DNA of 63,838 nt, counting the filler, from Chrysochromulina tobinii (lineage: Eukaryota): assembly GCA_001275005.1 (NCBI GenBank). It is 7 parts of 7 records of this genome, joined end to end, with 100 filler letters (N's around TTAATTAATTAA, not from the genome) between each part and the next. Parts side by side here need not be neighbours in the genome. Positions count along the whole stretch, not along the records: positions 29,470 to 50,403 come from JWZX01001111.1; positions 50,504 to 54,497 come from JWZX01001114.1; positions 54,598 to 56,929 come from JWZX01001115.1; 4 more parts are not named here. One strand, 5' to 3'. Both the position numbers and the translations under genes were made by a program. Numbering within the stretch: position 1 is the first letter of the stretch; each line of letters begins with the position of its first letter. Under the pieces are notes generated by a model. It worked only from the letters and a program-made list of their open reading frames with translations, did not search any database and was not told the DNA's origin. Below, one piece after another: positions 44,667-57,029 of the stretch.

Positions 44667-45818
44667 ATGATGCAGGCAGGGATGAGGCAGCAAACCAAGA
44701 CGCAGCCCGGCATCATGCAGGTGGGCATGATGCAGGCAAGCATGACGCAGCCCGGCATCAGGCAGCCCGACATCATGCAGCCCGGCGGGCTGCAGGCAGG
44801 CATGAAGACGCATTTAGATATGGAACAGTCCGAAAGGGACGACGGCGCTGCCGCCACCGTCACGGCGAAGGCGCTGCTCGCCGGTGAGGTCTCTGGTAAA
44901 GTGCCACGACTGCACGGCACCGTGGAGAAGCGCGGGTCGGGCCGCGGTCTCCTTGGAACGGTCCGGTGGAAGAGCAAGCTGCTCGTCGTCTGCGCCGAGG
45001 TTGGCTGCGTCTACTTTGACAGCGACGAGATCAGTGACAAGAACAGGGCCGCTCGGCTGATGCCTCTAGGAGATGACGGCACCAAAGTCGAGCTCCGCGC
45101 AGACCGATCAGGAGGCTCCCACTGCTTTGCCCTCGTCACTCCAGCACGTGAGTACCTGTTTTCGGTGCCCACGGCGGACAGGGCTGCCAAGTGGGTCGCA
45201 GCCATCCAGGCCGAGATCGAGGCCGCGCAGCAAACACGCCACTTGAAGGCAGGCAAGATGCAGTTGGACATGATGCAGTCCGGCATCATGCAGGTGGGCA
45301 TGATGCAGGCAAGCATGACGCAGCCCGGCATCAGGCAGCCCGACATCATGCAGCCCGGCGGGCTGCAGGCAGGCATGAAGACGCATTTAGATATGGAACA
45401 GTCCGAAAGGGACGACGGCGCTGCCGCCACCGTCACGGCGAAGGCGCTGCTCGCCGGTGAGGTCTCTGGTAAAGTGCCACGACTGCACGGCACCGTGGAG
45501 AAGCGCGGGTCGGGCCGCGGTCTCCTTGGAACGGTCCGGTGGAAGAGCAAGCTGCTCGTCGTCTGCGCCGAGGTTGGCTGCGTCTACTTTGACAGCGACG
45601 AGATCAGTGACAAGAACAGGGCCGCTCGGCTGATGCCTCTAGGAGATGACGGCACCAAAGTCGAGCTCCGCGCAGACCGATCAGGAGGCTCCCACTGCTT
45701 TGCCCTCGTCACTCCAGCACGTGAGTACCTGTTTTCGGTGCCCACGGCGGACAGAGCTGCCAAGTGGGTCGCAGCCATCCAGGCCGAGATCGAGGCCGCG
45801 CAGCACACGTATGAATGA
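44667..45818 (+). CDS. Tandem PH-domain protein
   Basis: Two copies of LHGTVEKRG..WKSKLLVV..YF..HCFALVTPAREYLFSVPT..AAKWVAAI. Confidence 0.8.
   Translation: MMQAGMRQQTKTQPGIMQVGMMQASMTQPGIRQPDIMQPGGLQAGMKTHLDMEQSERDDGAAATVTAKALLAGEVSGKVPRLHGTVEKRGSGRGLLGTVRWKSKLLVVCAEVGCVYFDSDEISDKNRAARLMPLGDDGTKVELRADRSGGSHCFALVTPAREYLFSVPTADRAAKWVAAIQAEIEAAQQTRHLKAGKMQLDMMQSGIMQVGMMQASMTQPGIRQPDIMQPGGLQAGMKTHLDMEQSERDDGAAATVTAKALLAGEVSGKVPRLHGTVEKRGSGRGLLGTVRWKSKLLVVCAEVGCVYFDSDEISDKNRAARLMPLGDDGTKVELRADRSGGSHCFALVTPAREYLFSVPTADRAAKWVAAIQAEIEAAQHTYE
44707..45805 (+). repeat. Near-perfect tandem duplication, period 573 bp
   Basis: 44707-45232 vs 45280-45805; only one (synonymous) mismatch noticed by eye. 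Confidence 0.92.
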
Positions 45819-45934
45819 ATCAAGCCGCCGACGCCCAAACCATCCTCAACGCCGCGAGCGCGCGCATGCTCCGTGTCTCGTATGGGATCACGTAAGGTGT
45901 GTGTATTCTGAGCGGGCAGAAACAGAGGTGCCGT

Positions 45935-46200
45935 TAGGAGAACCTGGGATAAGTATAGGAGAACCTGGGATAAGTATAGGAGAACCTGGGATAAGTATTG
46001 GATTGATCATGTAGCTTCGCTTAGTAGTAGTCTCCACCGAGACGCACTAGTCTCCGCTGAGACGTGCACTGCACTGTGTTGAAACACCATAGGGTAACTA
46101 CCTGAGTAGTGAAACCCTCCCCCAAGGTCAAAATCTTGCGCCCCACTTAGGATAACTACCTGAGTAGTGAAACCCTCCCCCAAGGTCAAAATCTTGCGCC
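45935..46200. repeat. Intergenic direct repeats: 21-bp x3 and 48-bp x2
   Basis: TAGGAGAACCTGGGATAAGTA x3 (45935-45997); TAACTACCTGAGTAGTGAAACCCTCCCCCAAGGTCAAAATCTTGCGCC at 46095 and 46153. Confidence 0.9.
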
Positions 46201-46819
46201 GCCACTGGCGCCACTTCTGGAGACCGGACTCTGTGCTGTGGAGCCGCGCAGCCTCGAGCCCGAGGGCACCGACGGCGACGCCCACACCGGTGTTTCTGCA
46301 GTGACGACGAAGACGAACGGAAGATACACGAGCGCCAAAGACGGCCACCAAATTGAGCCCGGGCACTACTATGCGCTGAGAACTCTCGTCCAACCAGCAT
46401 GGGGCTCGTACTTTCCCTAAGATCATGCTTAATCCTAAACGGGATTAAGGGAGAAGTATGGAGTCCCGGTAGAGACCGGCCTAGTCTGCCCGGGAGTCTG
46501 CCTCCGGACACTTACCGTACACAAAAACACATATTATAAAAATTCATGTGATGGTTATTAACGGCTAGAAATTCTCTGAATAACACAGCCACGTCACCTG
46601 AGGTGACTCTACATGTGAGGCCACCCTACGCTCGGTGTGATCTCGGTCGTGCCAGCCGTAGCACCGGTTGGCGCGTGTGTCGTGTACGTGTTATCGTTCA
46701 CGAAGACAATCTGAAAATCTCACACAACGACGATGTGAGCGCGCGCGTTGCGGGCTCGCGGCTACTCTCACCGTCTACTCGACACCGTCTCCACACGGCA
46801 CATGCCGAGGCCCCACCCC

Positions 46820-48272
46820 CTAAAAGTACTCTTGCTCATCGTACGCGCGTGCTGGCGAAGCCTCGACCAGCGCGGCTGACTTTGCCATCGGCGGCAGCGC
46901 GGGTGTCTGTGGCTCCGGTGCGGAGCAGCCCCGCGCCATTGCCACGCCCGGGAGGCCGGCATTCACACCGGCAGGCACACCAGCATTCGCATTCCCACTG
47001 GAGTTCTCCAGGTGGTCGGCCATCTCTTCACGCAATTGGAGGCGCGCGAGCCTCGAGGTCTCCTCGAGCTGCCGTTGCTTCTCGAGCCGTTCGAGACGCG
47101 CCGCCTCGAGCTCGCGCGCCTCATTCTCCGCCGCGCACTTTGCGAGCGCGAGGGCGAAGTCGCGCAGCACGGACAGCGCGCCGAGTTGGTCACCCACGTT
47201 GCTGTGTGCCGCGCGCCCGAGGCCGAGGTAGCCGGCGCACTGGCTGAGCATCTGGAGCAACGCGTCGCGCCGCCGGCGGAGCTCAGCGAGCTCGGCGCCG
47301 GCAACGGTGAGGAAGCTCGTAAGCAGGAAGCGAGTGTACAGCCCCTCAACGGGCGCCTTGAGCGGTTGAGGTTCGTCCTCGGCATCAGTGATGGTGCATC
47401 GTCGCGGCGGCGTGTCGGCAAAGGGCGACGCGTTGGGCGAAGGGGAGGCGTCGCCGCGCAGTAAAGAGCCGCGGAAGGAGGCTAAGCCGCCAGGCAACGC
47501 GCCGCGGAAGGGGGGCGAGAAGAGGGGAGACGATCGTAGGGGGGACGAGAGGAGGGGAGACGAAAGGGCGCCCAGCAGTCGAGCAGTGCGATGCGGCGAT
47601 TGGATCGGGCTGTGCAGAGAGCCACTCGTGAGCACGTCGTTGACGCTGATGCCCATCCGAGTGGCCATCGCGATCACACGGCCGCCGCCGCTCTTGGCCT
47701 CTGCCTGGGCCCCACATTTGGAACGCGTCGAGCGAACGTTCACAAGGAGCTGCGCCCGTAGTGCTCTATGGCTGAGGACGCGCAGCACCGCACGGCACTC
47801 GGCATGGCTGCGCAGCTGGTCGGCGGTCGCGTCGTCAGGAGGCAAAGGGGGCACCATCCCGAGCGTCGTCATGGGCGGATGGCTGGCACACACCGCACGT
47901 GAATCTGCGCGTCCAAGCGCAGACGTGGAGGAAGACTCAGCGGCAGTCGAAGCGCCGTCGGGTGCGCCATCGGCCCCGTCGGCGCCAGAGCCGTCGGCGG
48001 CACCGGCGTCGGCGTCGTCGGCAAGTGCAGACGAGTCGTCAGCGAGTGCATTCTCTTTGCTCCCGGCGCCGGTGCCCATCTCGGCGCCGGTGCCACCGCC
48101 AACGGTGCGCCCATCGGCCCCCACCCCCGCAGTCACACGAGCCGCCTCCGAGCCAGGTGCCCAACTCGGCGCCGCCTCCGAGCCACATCGCATCCGCTCT
48201 ATTGCCATTCGCTGCCAGGGCGTCACGTGCGGCGGCGCGGAGCCTTCCTCGCTCCCGTCCTCGTCCTCGCTG

Positions 48273-48309
<37 letters not shown>

Positions 48310-50403
48310 TGCCGCCGTCGTCAAGACCACTTGACCAACCAAAGGAATCGACGACCACCGCAAAGAGAAGCACTTCGGCCCCACGCGGCAGGTGCTCGAG
48401 GAGTACCAGCCGCGACTCATCAGCTGCGCGCAGCACGACCGTGCCACTAGCGATCGCCGGAGCGCCGGTGCGGCAACGGCCCGCGACCACATCGGAAAAG
48501 CGAGGCGGCGGCATCGGCTTGCCCCAGTTTGAGAACGAGGGGGCTTTCTTCCAGTGCGGCTGGAGCATCCAGCACACCGTCGCCGCCTCTTCGGTTGCAA
48601 AGAGCACCATCAGCTTGTCATCCGCGATGGGCTGCATGAATGGGTAGCCGGGGCACATGGCCGGTGGCGCGGGCGGGTGCGGCAGCAGCGCAAGCTCAGT
48701 CCGGACTTTGGTGAGCTCGGCGGTGAGGTTATTGATCTGCCCCTCGACGGAAGCGAGAAGGTCAGTCGCCTCATTTACAGAGGGCATCTCGCCGAGCTCG
48801 TTGCGCAGCTCGAGCACCAGATCGACTTTCTTGGCCTTCGCCTTCGCCTCCGCCTCCGCCTCCGCCTCCCCCTCCTTTGGCTCCTTTGGCTCCGCCTTCG
48901 GCACGACTGAGGTAGGAGACGATCCCGACGAGCCCGGCTCCTGCGAGATGGTGCCGTCGGAGTCGGCATCGCACACATTCGTAGCTGGGTCGATCTCGGC
49001 GAGTGAGCTGAGTGCTGCCCGCTCCATCTCCACGTCTGCCGCAGCGTCGAGAGCGACGTCGAAGGTGCCGCCGGTACCGGCAAGACGCTCCGCCGCCGCC
49101 TCCACCTTCGCCGGCGTCGCCACCTCCACCTTCGCCGGCTTCACCGCCTCCACTTTCAAGGCCGAGGGGATGGCGGCAGCACCCTCGCCGTCTGTCTCCC
49201 TGCTCGGATCACACATGACAGCAGCGACATAGTGGAGCAGCGAGATCGACGTATCCGTGCTCGACTTCACTGCCGCGAGCGTGGGCAGCACGGAGACGTC
49301 GAAGCCGGCCGCGTGCCCACGTGGCGTACCGCGGTTGAGCACGTTCCCTAGCCGCAGGACGAGCCCGAGGCACGCGCGCAGGGACGCCGAGGAGAGGACT
49401 TGCGCGGCGGCGCCCTCGAGTACCTGGAGCGCAATTAAGGGCAATAGGGCAATTAGAGTCAATTAGGGTCCATCGGGTGCAATCAGGTGCAATCAGGAGT
49501 ACCTGGAGCGCAGCGCTGATGCTTGTGACCGAGGTCTCAAACGACGCGAGCAGCGAGATCACCTCGAGCTTGCGCTCGTACGCGGGCACCTCGAGCACAT
49601 GCAACACGAAACGCTCCCCCTCTCGCATCGACGCCGGCAGGTCGAGCGAGCCGTTGCCTTGCTCCGCCAGCCGGCGGCGCAGCGCGCGCGCGGCGGCGGC
49701 CTCCTCCTCGGTAGGCACAATCTTGAGCAGCGCGGCCGCGTCGTCCGAGCTGAGCAGCCCTGCAGGGTTGAGCAGCTGGATCTCTTGCGCCAGCCGCGCC
49801 ATGGGAAGCGATTGCACCATCTTGAGGCCGATCGCAATGTTCTGTGCGCGCTTCGCGGACAGGAACTCGATCGGCAATGCGCTCGCCTCGGGGCCCGTGC
49901 CAGGGCCGAGTGTCGACCTAAGCTTCTTCATTACCTCCTTCTGACAAAAGCTGCGCTCGAGCTCGCGCACCTCGTGCTCTCGAGATGCGGCGAGACCCTG
50001 CTTTGCTAGCACGGCCCAGACGGAGCCATCGGACGCACTCGACGCGGGCAGCTTGCGCCAATGCAGCGCCTTGAGCTTGATCGCGTCCGCACGCCGTGCG
50101 AGGGCGAGGCGGGAGCCGGGAGAGCCCACAAGCGCTGCCGTGGGCGCCCCCGATGGCAGCGGCGGTAGCGGCGGCGGTGGCGGCGGTGGCGGCGGCGGAG
50201 GGGGCGGCGGGGGTGGTGGCGGTACGCTACCAGCCGGGCCAACAACAGGCCCACTGCCTGGAAGTGGCGGCGGTTGGAGCTCTGACAGGGGCGGTGGGGG
50301 CGGGTGCGGTGGCAGAGGTTGCGAAGGGTTGACCACAGGCAACGGTGGCGGCAAAAGGCCGTCGCTCGGAGGGTACAGTGGTGGAGGGTAGAGCGGCGGC
50401 GGC
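46820..50403 (-). CDS. Formin (FH1-FH2), 5' truncated, one intron at 49424-49502
   Basis: Poly-Pro FH1; KLKALHWRKL, LSAKRAQNIAIGLK, VLRLGNVLNRG..AAGF, SLLHYV; C-terminal FH2 helices CAGYLG..LRDFALAL. Confidence 0.9.
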
Positions 50404-50503
50404 NNNNNNNNNNNNNNNNNNNNNNNNNNNNNNNNNNNNNNNNNNNNTTAATTAATTAANNNNNNNNNNNNNNNNNNNNNNNNNNNNNNNNNNNNNNNNN
50501 NNN
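50404..50503. other. Artificial contig spacer
   Basis: N run - TTAATTAATTAA - N run. Confidence 0.98.
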
Positions 50504-53500
50504 CCACGCTACAATACCGGTAAGTACACGATCGTGCAGGTGCTCCTCTGCAAGAATCGTCGCTCCGAGCTTCGAGTTCGCGCCTCGCAACTGCCCTTTG
50601 TGCCCGGCGGCGCGGCTGCCGGGGAGGCGATGGACGTGGAGGCGACGGGCGTGGAGGCGATGGCGGTGGAGGCGACGGCGGTGGAGGCAACGGCGGTGGA
50701 GGCAACGGCGGGCACCACATCAGCACCAGCAGCCGCCTGCTCTGTGTGGCGGCCAGGAGCACCCAAGGTCGACTCGGGCTGGATCTACAAGTGGCACAGC
50801 GCCATCACCGAGTACCGCGCGCCCTCGGCGAAGCTCGACGGCTACTTGTACGACCTGAGCCTGATCTACCATCCACGCAAGAGTCTCGAGCTTGAGCAGA
50901 TTATGGAGCTCATGGACAGGCTCAACGCGGCGGACCCCTCGAGGCTCAACGCGGCGGACCCCTCGTCGGACTCCGAGATGACTCTCGAGACAGGGGGCTT
51001 CCTGCTGCTGTATGACCTTCTGCAGGGCGCGACGCAGTGCAAGGCGATCTGGACCAACTGCTCGGGCTCGCTCGCACGGCTCTTCGTACCCTTGATGCGC
51101 GGGCTGCTCACCGAGAACACGCTGCTCTCCTCGATCATCCTCACGCTCGCACGCAACCCGCGCGTCGGACCGTTCATGCCTACCTTTGAGGCGAAGCGAG
51201 GCGAGCCGGCGCAATTCCTTGGCACTCCGGATGAGTTTGGTGGCAGCTCTCTCCTATCGCGGCTGATCCGCGATGTGGTGACCGAGCTGCACGAGCTCAA
51301 CGACAAGCAGCCTGGCGTCATCGAAGGCGTCGGTGCGACTCTCATTGAGCGCTTCGTCGAAGCCGAGTCCCGTCGCGCGGCTGCAATTAGAAGCGGCTAC
51401 GGCAGCGGCGGCGGCGGCGGCGGCGTCTGGGGCCAGGGCCTCGCGTGGGACTACGAGGACAGCGACAATGACAGCGACAATGACGATGACATGGGCGCCG
51501 GCGGCCGCGGCGGCCACGGCCGCCGCCGTGGCGGCCGCGGCGGCGGTTGGGGCTACGGGCGAGAGAGCCTCGAGCAGAAGCGGCAGAAGCTCGTGGATGG
51601 CGCCACGCGTGACCTCGGGCTCGTGATGGAGCTCGAGCTCTTTGATAAGGAGCAGCAGCCGAAGACCCCATCGAGCTCCGTCCTGAGCGGGCTACCTGCC
51701 GCTATCCTAACCAAGGAGCAGCGCGGAGGCTTCTACGTGCTGCCTGCCGCCGGCCGGCCGCTGCCGAAGCCAAGCAACCACAACTGCGAGTCACGCGTGC
51801 TGCGGGCGGTGGCGGCGCTGCCCGATCGGCCTTTGCCCGAGGCGCTCGCAGCGGCTATGAGTTCCGGCGACGCCATGCCGCCCTTGCCGCGGGGTGCGCC
51901 GTTGGCGCTTCCCTACAAAGACATTACGCGGGCGGGCACGTCTCCACTGCTCACGACCCCGACGGCGATGGGCTACTTTGCCAAGACGCCGATCGATGTC
52001 CTGGACTTGGCCAAGTACGTGCGCTTCGTCACGCGCGCCGCACGTGGCCATGCGACAGCGAGCGGAGAGATGCCCTTTGACGTGGTGACACATCCGGACG
52101 CGCAGAGCAAGGTGGCCATCGACATGATCGATCGGATCCGTGCCGACGTCGGGCTGTACGCGCAGCAGTACAACCAGGCGAGCAAGGCGGAAATTGTGTG
52201 CATCGGCGACGTGGTCGCGCTCATCGACGACACGAGCGGCGCGCTACGTGCCACGGCGGCCGCTGGCGTGCATGAGCTCCTAGAGGCGCTCACGGCCCAG
52301 CGCGAGCGCGACGCGGCCTATGTGCAGCAGGCGCTCCCGCTGCTGCTCCACCTGACCAACTTTATCGTCACGGACGGCGCCTTCGACACGGAGGCAGACG
52401 CGCGCACCCGCGAGGTCTTTGCACTGCGCCAGGTCGCCGAGCTCGAGGGCAAAGCTTCTCTTGATTTCCTCTTCTGCCTGCTCATCTCCTCGCGCAGCGT
52501 CGACGACCTGAACGTGGTCAATCCGTTCTTGAGTGCTGCGGAGAGCGAGCAGATCTTCAATCTCATCGTCTCGACGATCATGCACGCCTCGCGCATCGGC
52601 GCCATCAATCGGGCGATCGACGACACCCAAGCCCTTGCGAGTCTGCTGCAGCCTCCGTCGGCCGCCGCTTCCGACCTCGCCGCCGCCGCCGCTTCCAACG
52701 CTGGGCCCGGTGCCGTGCCTTCGGTCTTACGCGAGGGCTCCTCGGACAGCAACCAAAAGTGGCGCCTCGAAGCAGCATCCGAGCTCAATCTCAAGGCCTT
52801 GACGCTCGGCGAGGGGCTGCTGACACGTCGCCAGTATGTCGACGAGTCGAGCGCGAGCTACGATCCGCGCTTCCTGCTCTTTGAGTTCACGCACAACATA
52901 ATCCTGCGCAAGGCTCAGGTCGAGATGGTCAACAAGCTCATCGACTCGCTGCGTCTTGGCAAGCCGATCGTCGAACAGATGTTGATGGGCGGCGGTAAGT
53001 CCAAGGTGATCGCTCCGCTGCTCGCGCTGCTGCTCGCCGACGGCCAGACGCTGGTGATGCTCACGATGCCGCCCTCGCTCCTCGAGCAGCAGAAGGCAGT
53101 CATGCGCGCCACGTTCTCGTCGATCATGCGCAAGCGCTCGTTTACGCTGCTCTTCGATCGGAGCTCGGAGATCACATGGTCCACGGTCGAGAAGCTCCAG
53201 TCGGCTGCGACCAACTGCGGCGTCGTGCTGTGCACCGCGCAGACCATCAAGTCGCTCCAGCTCAAGCTGATCGAGAAGATGTACGTGCTGAGCAACGCCA
53301 CGGCGCGCCATTCGCCCGCGATGGAGCTCGACGTATGCGCGCTCGCCAACGTGATGCGTCTCTTCCGCTCGGGCTGCCTGGTGATGGATGAGGTCGATCT
53401 GCTGCTGCACCCGCTGCGCTCGGAGCTCAACTTCCCGCTCGACGACAAGCTCAAGCTCGATCTGAGCCCGGAGCGCTGGGCATGCGCCATCCATGCGCTC

Positions 53501-54497
53501 GACGCCATCTTCACCTTCGACGGCTCGCCCATGTCGGTCAACTTCAAGGACTCGAATAAGGCGCACCGTATCCTTGAGCAGCTGCGTGCCGTCATCCAGA
53601 GGGGGCTCGATCCAGAGGTCAAGGCGCTGCAGCTCAAGCCGCATCTTGTGCTGCTCAACGTCGAGTGGTACCACGAGCTGCTCAAGCCGATCATGGCGCA
53701 GTGGATGCAGCTGTGGCTCGAGAGCCAGCATGTGGCGGGCATGAGCCGCGAGCAGCAGATGGAATACATCATGGCCGACTGGACCCTGCTCGAGGCGGGC
53801 ATCGACTCGAAGACGATGGAGCCCACTGAGGCGAAGAAGTGCAAGGAGGGCGACCCTGCCACCGACGCCGTCTACGCGCTGTACCAGCTGACGCGCGAGA
53901 CGACGATCTCGACCGATGGCACCGTCACGCCGCGCGTCAATGCCAAGGCGCTCAAGCTGCTCAACATCGTGAGCGAGTGGCTGCGCACCTTTTTGCCTCA
54001 CTGCCTCCAGAAGATTGATCGCGTGAGCTTCGGGCTGCTCTCGATGGAGGAGTACAAGCGCGCGCTCGAGCTCGAGCCGAATATGCCGAGATCGCGCTAC
54101 AAGCTCGCCATCCCCTTTTTAGGCAAGGACGTGCCCTCCCCAGCCTCCGAATTCGCGCATCCGGACGTCATCATCGGCCTCTCGGTTCTCGCCTACCGGT
54201 ACGAGGGGCTGCGCAGCGAGGAGTTTGCGCAGGATGTCGTTGGGCTCATCCGTTCAGACTTCGAAAAGGAGGTCGGACCTTACGCCCAGCGGCCCTCGTC
54301 CAAGCTGTACGAGAAGTGGATCACGCTGGCGGGTGGCGTCATCAAGGGCCGAGAGCAGCTCAGCAGCTCAGCAGCGGCTGCCGTCGCGCCGAGCACGGTG
54401 GCTGTCAAAGGCGGCGCCGCGGCCGAAGACGAGGAGGACGACGAGCGCGTGGTCGTGCCTCTCTGGCTGCTCAAGCAATCGAACGACGAGCAGATGG
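50504..54497 (+). CDS. DUF3638/DUF3645-containing giant protein fragment (P-loop/helicase-like), truncated at both ends
   Basis: PRFLLFEF..LRKAQ, QMLMGGGKSKVIAPLL, LVMDEVD, LAIPFLGKDVPSPASEFAHPDVIIGLSVLAYRYEGL. Confidence 0.85.
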
Positions 54498-54597
54498 NNN
54501 NNNNNNNNNNNNNNNNNNNNNNNNNNNNNNNNNNNNNNNNNTTAATTAATTAANNNNNNNNNNNNNNNNNNNNNNNNNNNNNNNNNNNNNNNNNNNN
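54498..54597. other. Artificial contig spacer
   Basis: N run - TTAATTAATTAA - N run. Confidence 0.98.
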
Positions 54598-56929
54598 CGT
54601 GAAGCTCGGGGTTGTACGAAACGTGGCGAGCGGCCATGTTGTCCGTACGAAGATCAGTAGGGCCGCGGACCGCGGACTTGTCGAGGCCAGCGACGAATTT
54701 GCGGGTATAGATAACATCCTTGGTAGCCTCGGAGAGCGCGACGAGTTCGGCTTCGCAAGACGAAAGAGCGACGCACTTCTGCTTGCGCGATCCCCAAGAG
54801 AGCGCCGCGTTGCCCCACATGACGACCCAGCCAGAGGTAGAGTTGCGAACCTCCCAAGATGCGTCCGAGAAGGCATGCAGGTCGGTCGATCCAGGGTCGA
54901 AGGTGATGCCGACGGAACGGTGGCGCGCAAGGTACGCGATGATGCGGTCTGCCTCCTCCATCAGCTCGGGCGTAGGCTTGGCTAGGCACTTGCATAGTTG
55001 GTGGACGGGGTAGGCAATATCGCAGCGAGTAGAGGTCGTGGCATACATGAGGGAGCCGATGCGCTCTTGAAACGGTTTCACGAGGTGCGGGTAGTCCACA
55101 CCGGTGCAGGCGGCCGCATCCGAGACGTGCTTGTCGAGGTTGCGCGAGTAAGGGAGCGAAGTGCCCTGCAGTGAAGGAGGTACGCCGCCAGGAAGGAAGC
55201 GTTCCACGAGCTTGTCAATGTAGGCTTCCTGGTGCAGCGTGATTGATCCGTCGGCGTTGTGGCGCGCTTGGATGCCAAGGAGATCGACCATCGGACCCTC
55301 ATCGAGGACGTCCCAGGTTTCGTTGAGCGCTTTGAGGAACGAGGCGCAGAAAGAGCTCGGAGGCGCGTTTCCCTTGTCGTCGATGTTGACGGAGTGCACG
55401 ATCTGGAGGTTGTCCACGTAGAGGCCAACGACGAAGATCTCGCCGTCGCTGTCATCCTCGCGCACAAAGACGCACGGGTCAGAATCATCAAGAGGTTTGA
55501 GGCCTTGCGCCTTCATCCACGGGAAGATCTGGCGCTGAAGGCGGCGACCAGCCTGTGGAATGCCGTAGATAGGCTTGACAATCTTGAGCACGCGAGGGAT
55601 GCCGTCGGAGTCCAGCTCGACGTAGCCGGGCGGCATGTGGCAGTAGATGACCTCGCCCTCGATGAACTTGCCCTGAAGGTACGCTGCCACGTAATCGATG
55701 CTGCGTACCTTGCAGCCTTTGCGAGCAGCGTAGCAGAAGAGGCCGCGAGCCGAGCTGTAGCGAAGCGCGGCCGAAAAGGTCTGATCGAAATCGATGCCTT
55801 CCTCGAGTGTGCAGCCCTGCACGCAGAGACGCGCCTTGCATGTGCCGTCGCGCTTCACCTTGTAGACCCACACCAGCTTGTGAATGCGGCGGCCGCGAGG
55901 TACCTGTGAGCGAGAAAGCTCTTCCCACGAGCCGTTGCGCTTGTGGTTATCGAGTTCGCCGGCCTCAGCCTTGAGCCAGCGCGGGTCCTGTGCGGCCTGA
56001 GCGTGAGTTGCAGGAGCGTCGGGCGTGTCGGCTCGAAGGGCCGTGAGAAGCACGGTGCCGCCACTGGCGCCGGTTGCACGCAATGATCCCAAGTTGAGCG
56101 CGGTCAAGGCCTCGCACATGGGTTCAAATGCTGCCGTGGAGGCGCTGCTCGCAGTGGCCGCGTCAAGGAGTGGGGCCGCGAGAGCGTCGTGGTCGACGAT
56201 GTACGTTCCAGGGCCGGCGCTGACGGCACCGGGTGGGACAGTGACGCCGTCGATCCATGCCGAGAGAGCAAAAGCGCAGTCGGCCGACTTCGGGCTGACG
56301 GTGTTGGCGCTGAAGGCGATGGCAGCCGCCGCGTGTTCCATGCGCTCGGCGACGGGAGTGAGCTGGTCGGGCTCGAGGCCGGAGGCGGTGCCGGGCTTCT
56401 CCTCCGGGACCGCAGGCAGCCACTTGGGGCCATACTCCCTGTGCGTAGCCTGTTTCGGAAAGTAGTCGACCTTGGAGCTTGCCGACCGCCGAGGGCCGAT
56501 GGGAGCCTGGCTGCCAGCACCCGCGAGCTTGAAGTCATCAGCGGTGCGCAAGGCTGGAGGGATCCAAGGGGTCGGAGGGGCGTCAAGAGGAGGCTGCCCC
56601 TTAAGTGCCCCCCCCGAGGGTTGCATGAAATCGTCGCCGGAGAATTTCGCGGCCCCGGTGGCGGCCCCTTTTGGTGAGAGGGCCGAATCGAGGTTCGGAA
56701 AGGGAAGTGGCGTAGGCTGAGGCCCGTGAATCGTGGAAGGAGGGGGCCCGATCGGCGACGATGCGGATTGGGGAGCCGTGCGTGGCGAAGCTGCGATCGG
56801 CTTGGCGACTGGCTGCCGTGCCATGGTCGGCTCCGGGCGGGCTGCGTGTTCGAGAGGCTCGGCGGAGCCCGTGCGCGCGAGTGTGAGAGCCCGCGCGAGG
56901 AGCAGGTTGAGCTTCTGCGGGTACGGAGC
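54598..56929 (-). mobile_element. Ty1/copia LTR retrotransposon pol fragment (RT + RNase H)
   Basis: WVYKVKRDG..KARLCVQG..GIDFDQTF, DYVAAYLQG, KPIYGIPQAGR, LYVDNL, IGSLMY..TRCDIAY, AFSDASW, STSGW, KQKCVALSSCEAE, TDNMAA. No LTR in this contig. Confidence 0.95.
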
Positions 56930-57029
56930 NNNNNNNNNNNNNNNNNNNNNNNNNNNNNNNNNNNNNNNNNNNNTTAATTAATTAANNNNNNNNNNNNNNN
57001 NNNNNNNNNNNNNNNNNNNNNNNNNNNNN
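56930..57029. other. Artificial contig spacer
   Basis: N run - TTAATTAATTAA - N run. Confidence 0.98.
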
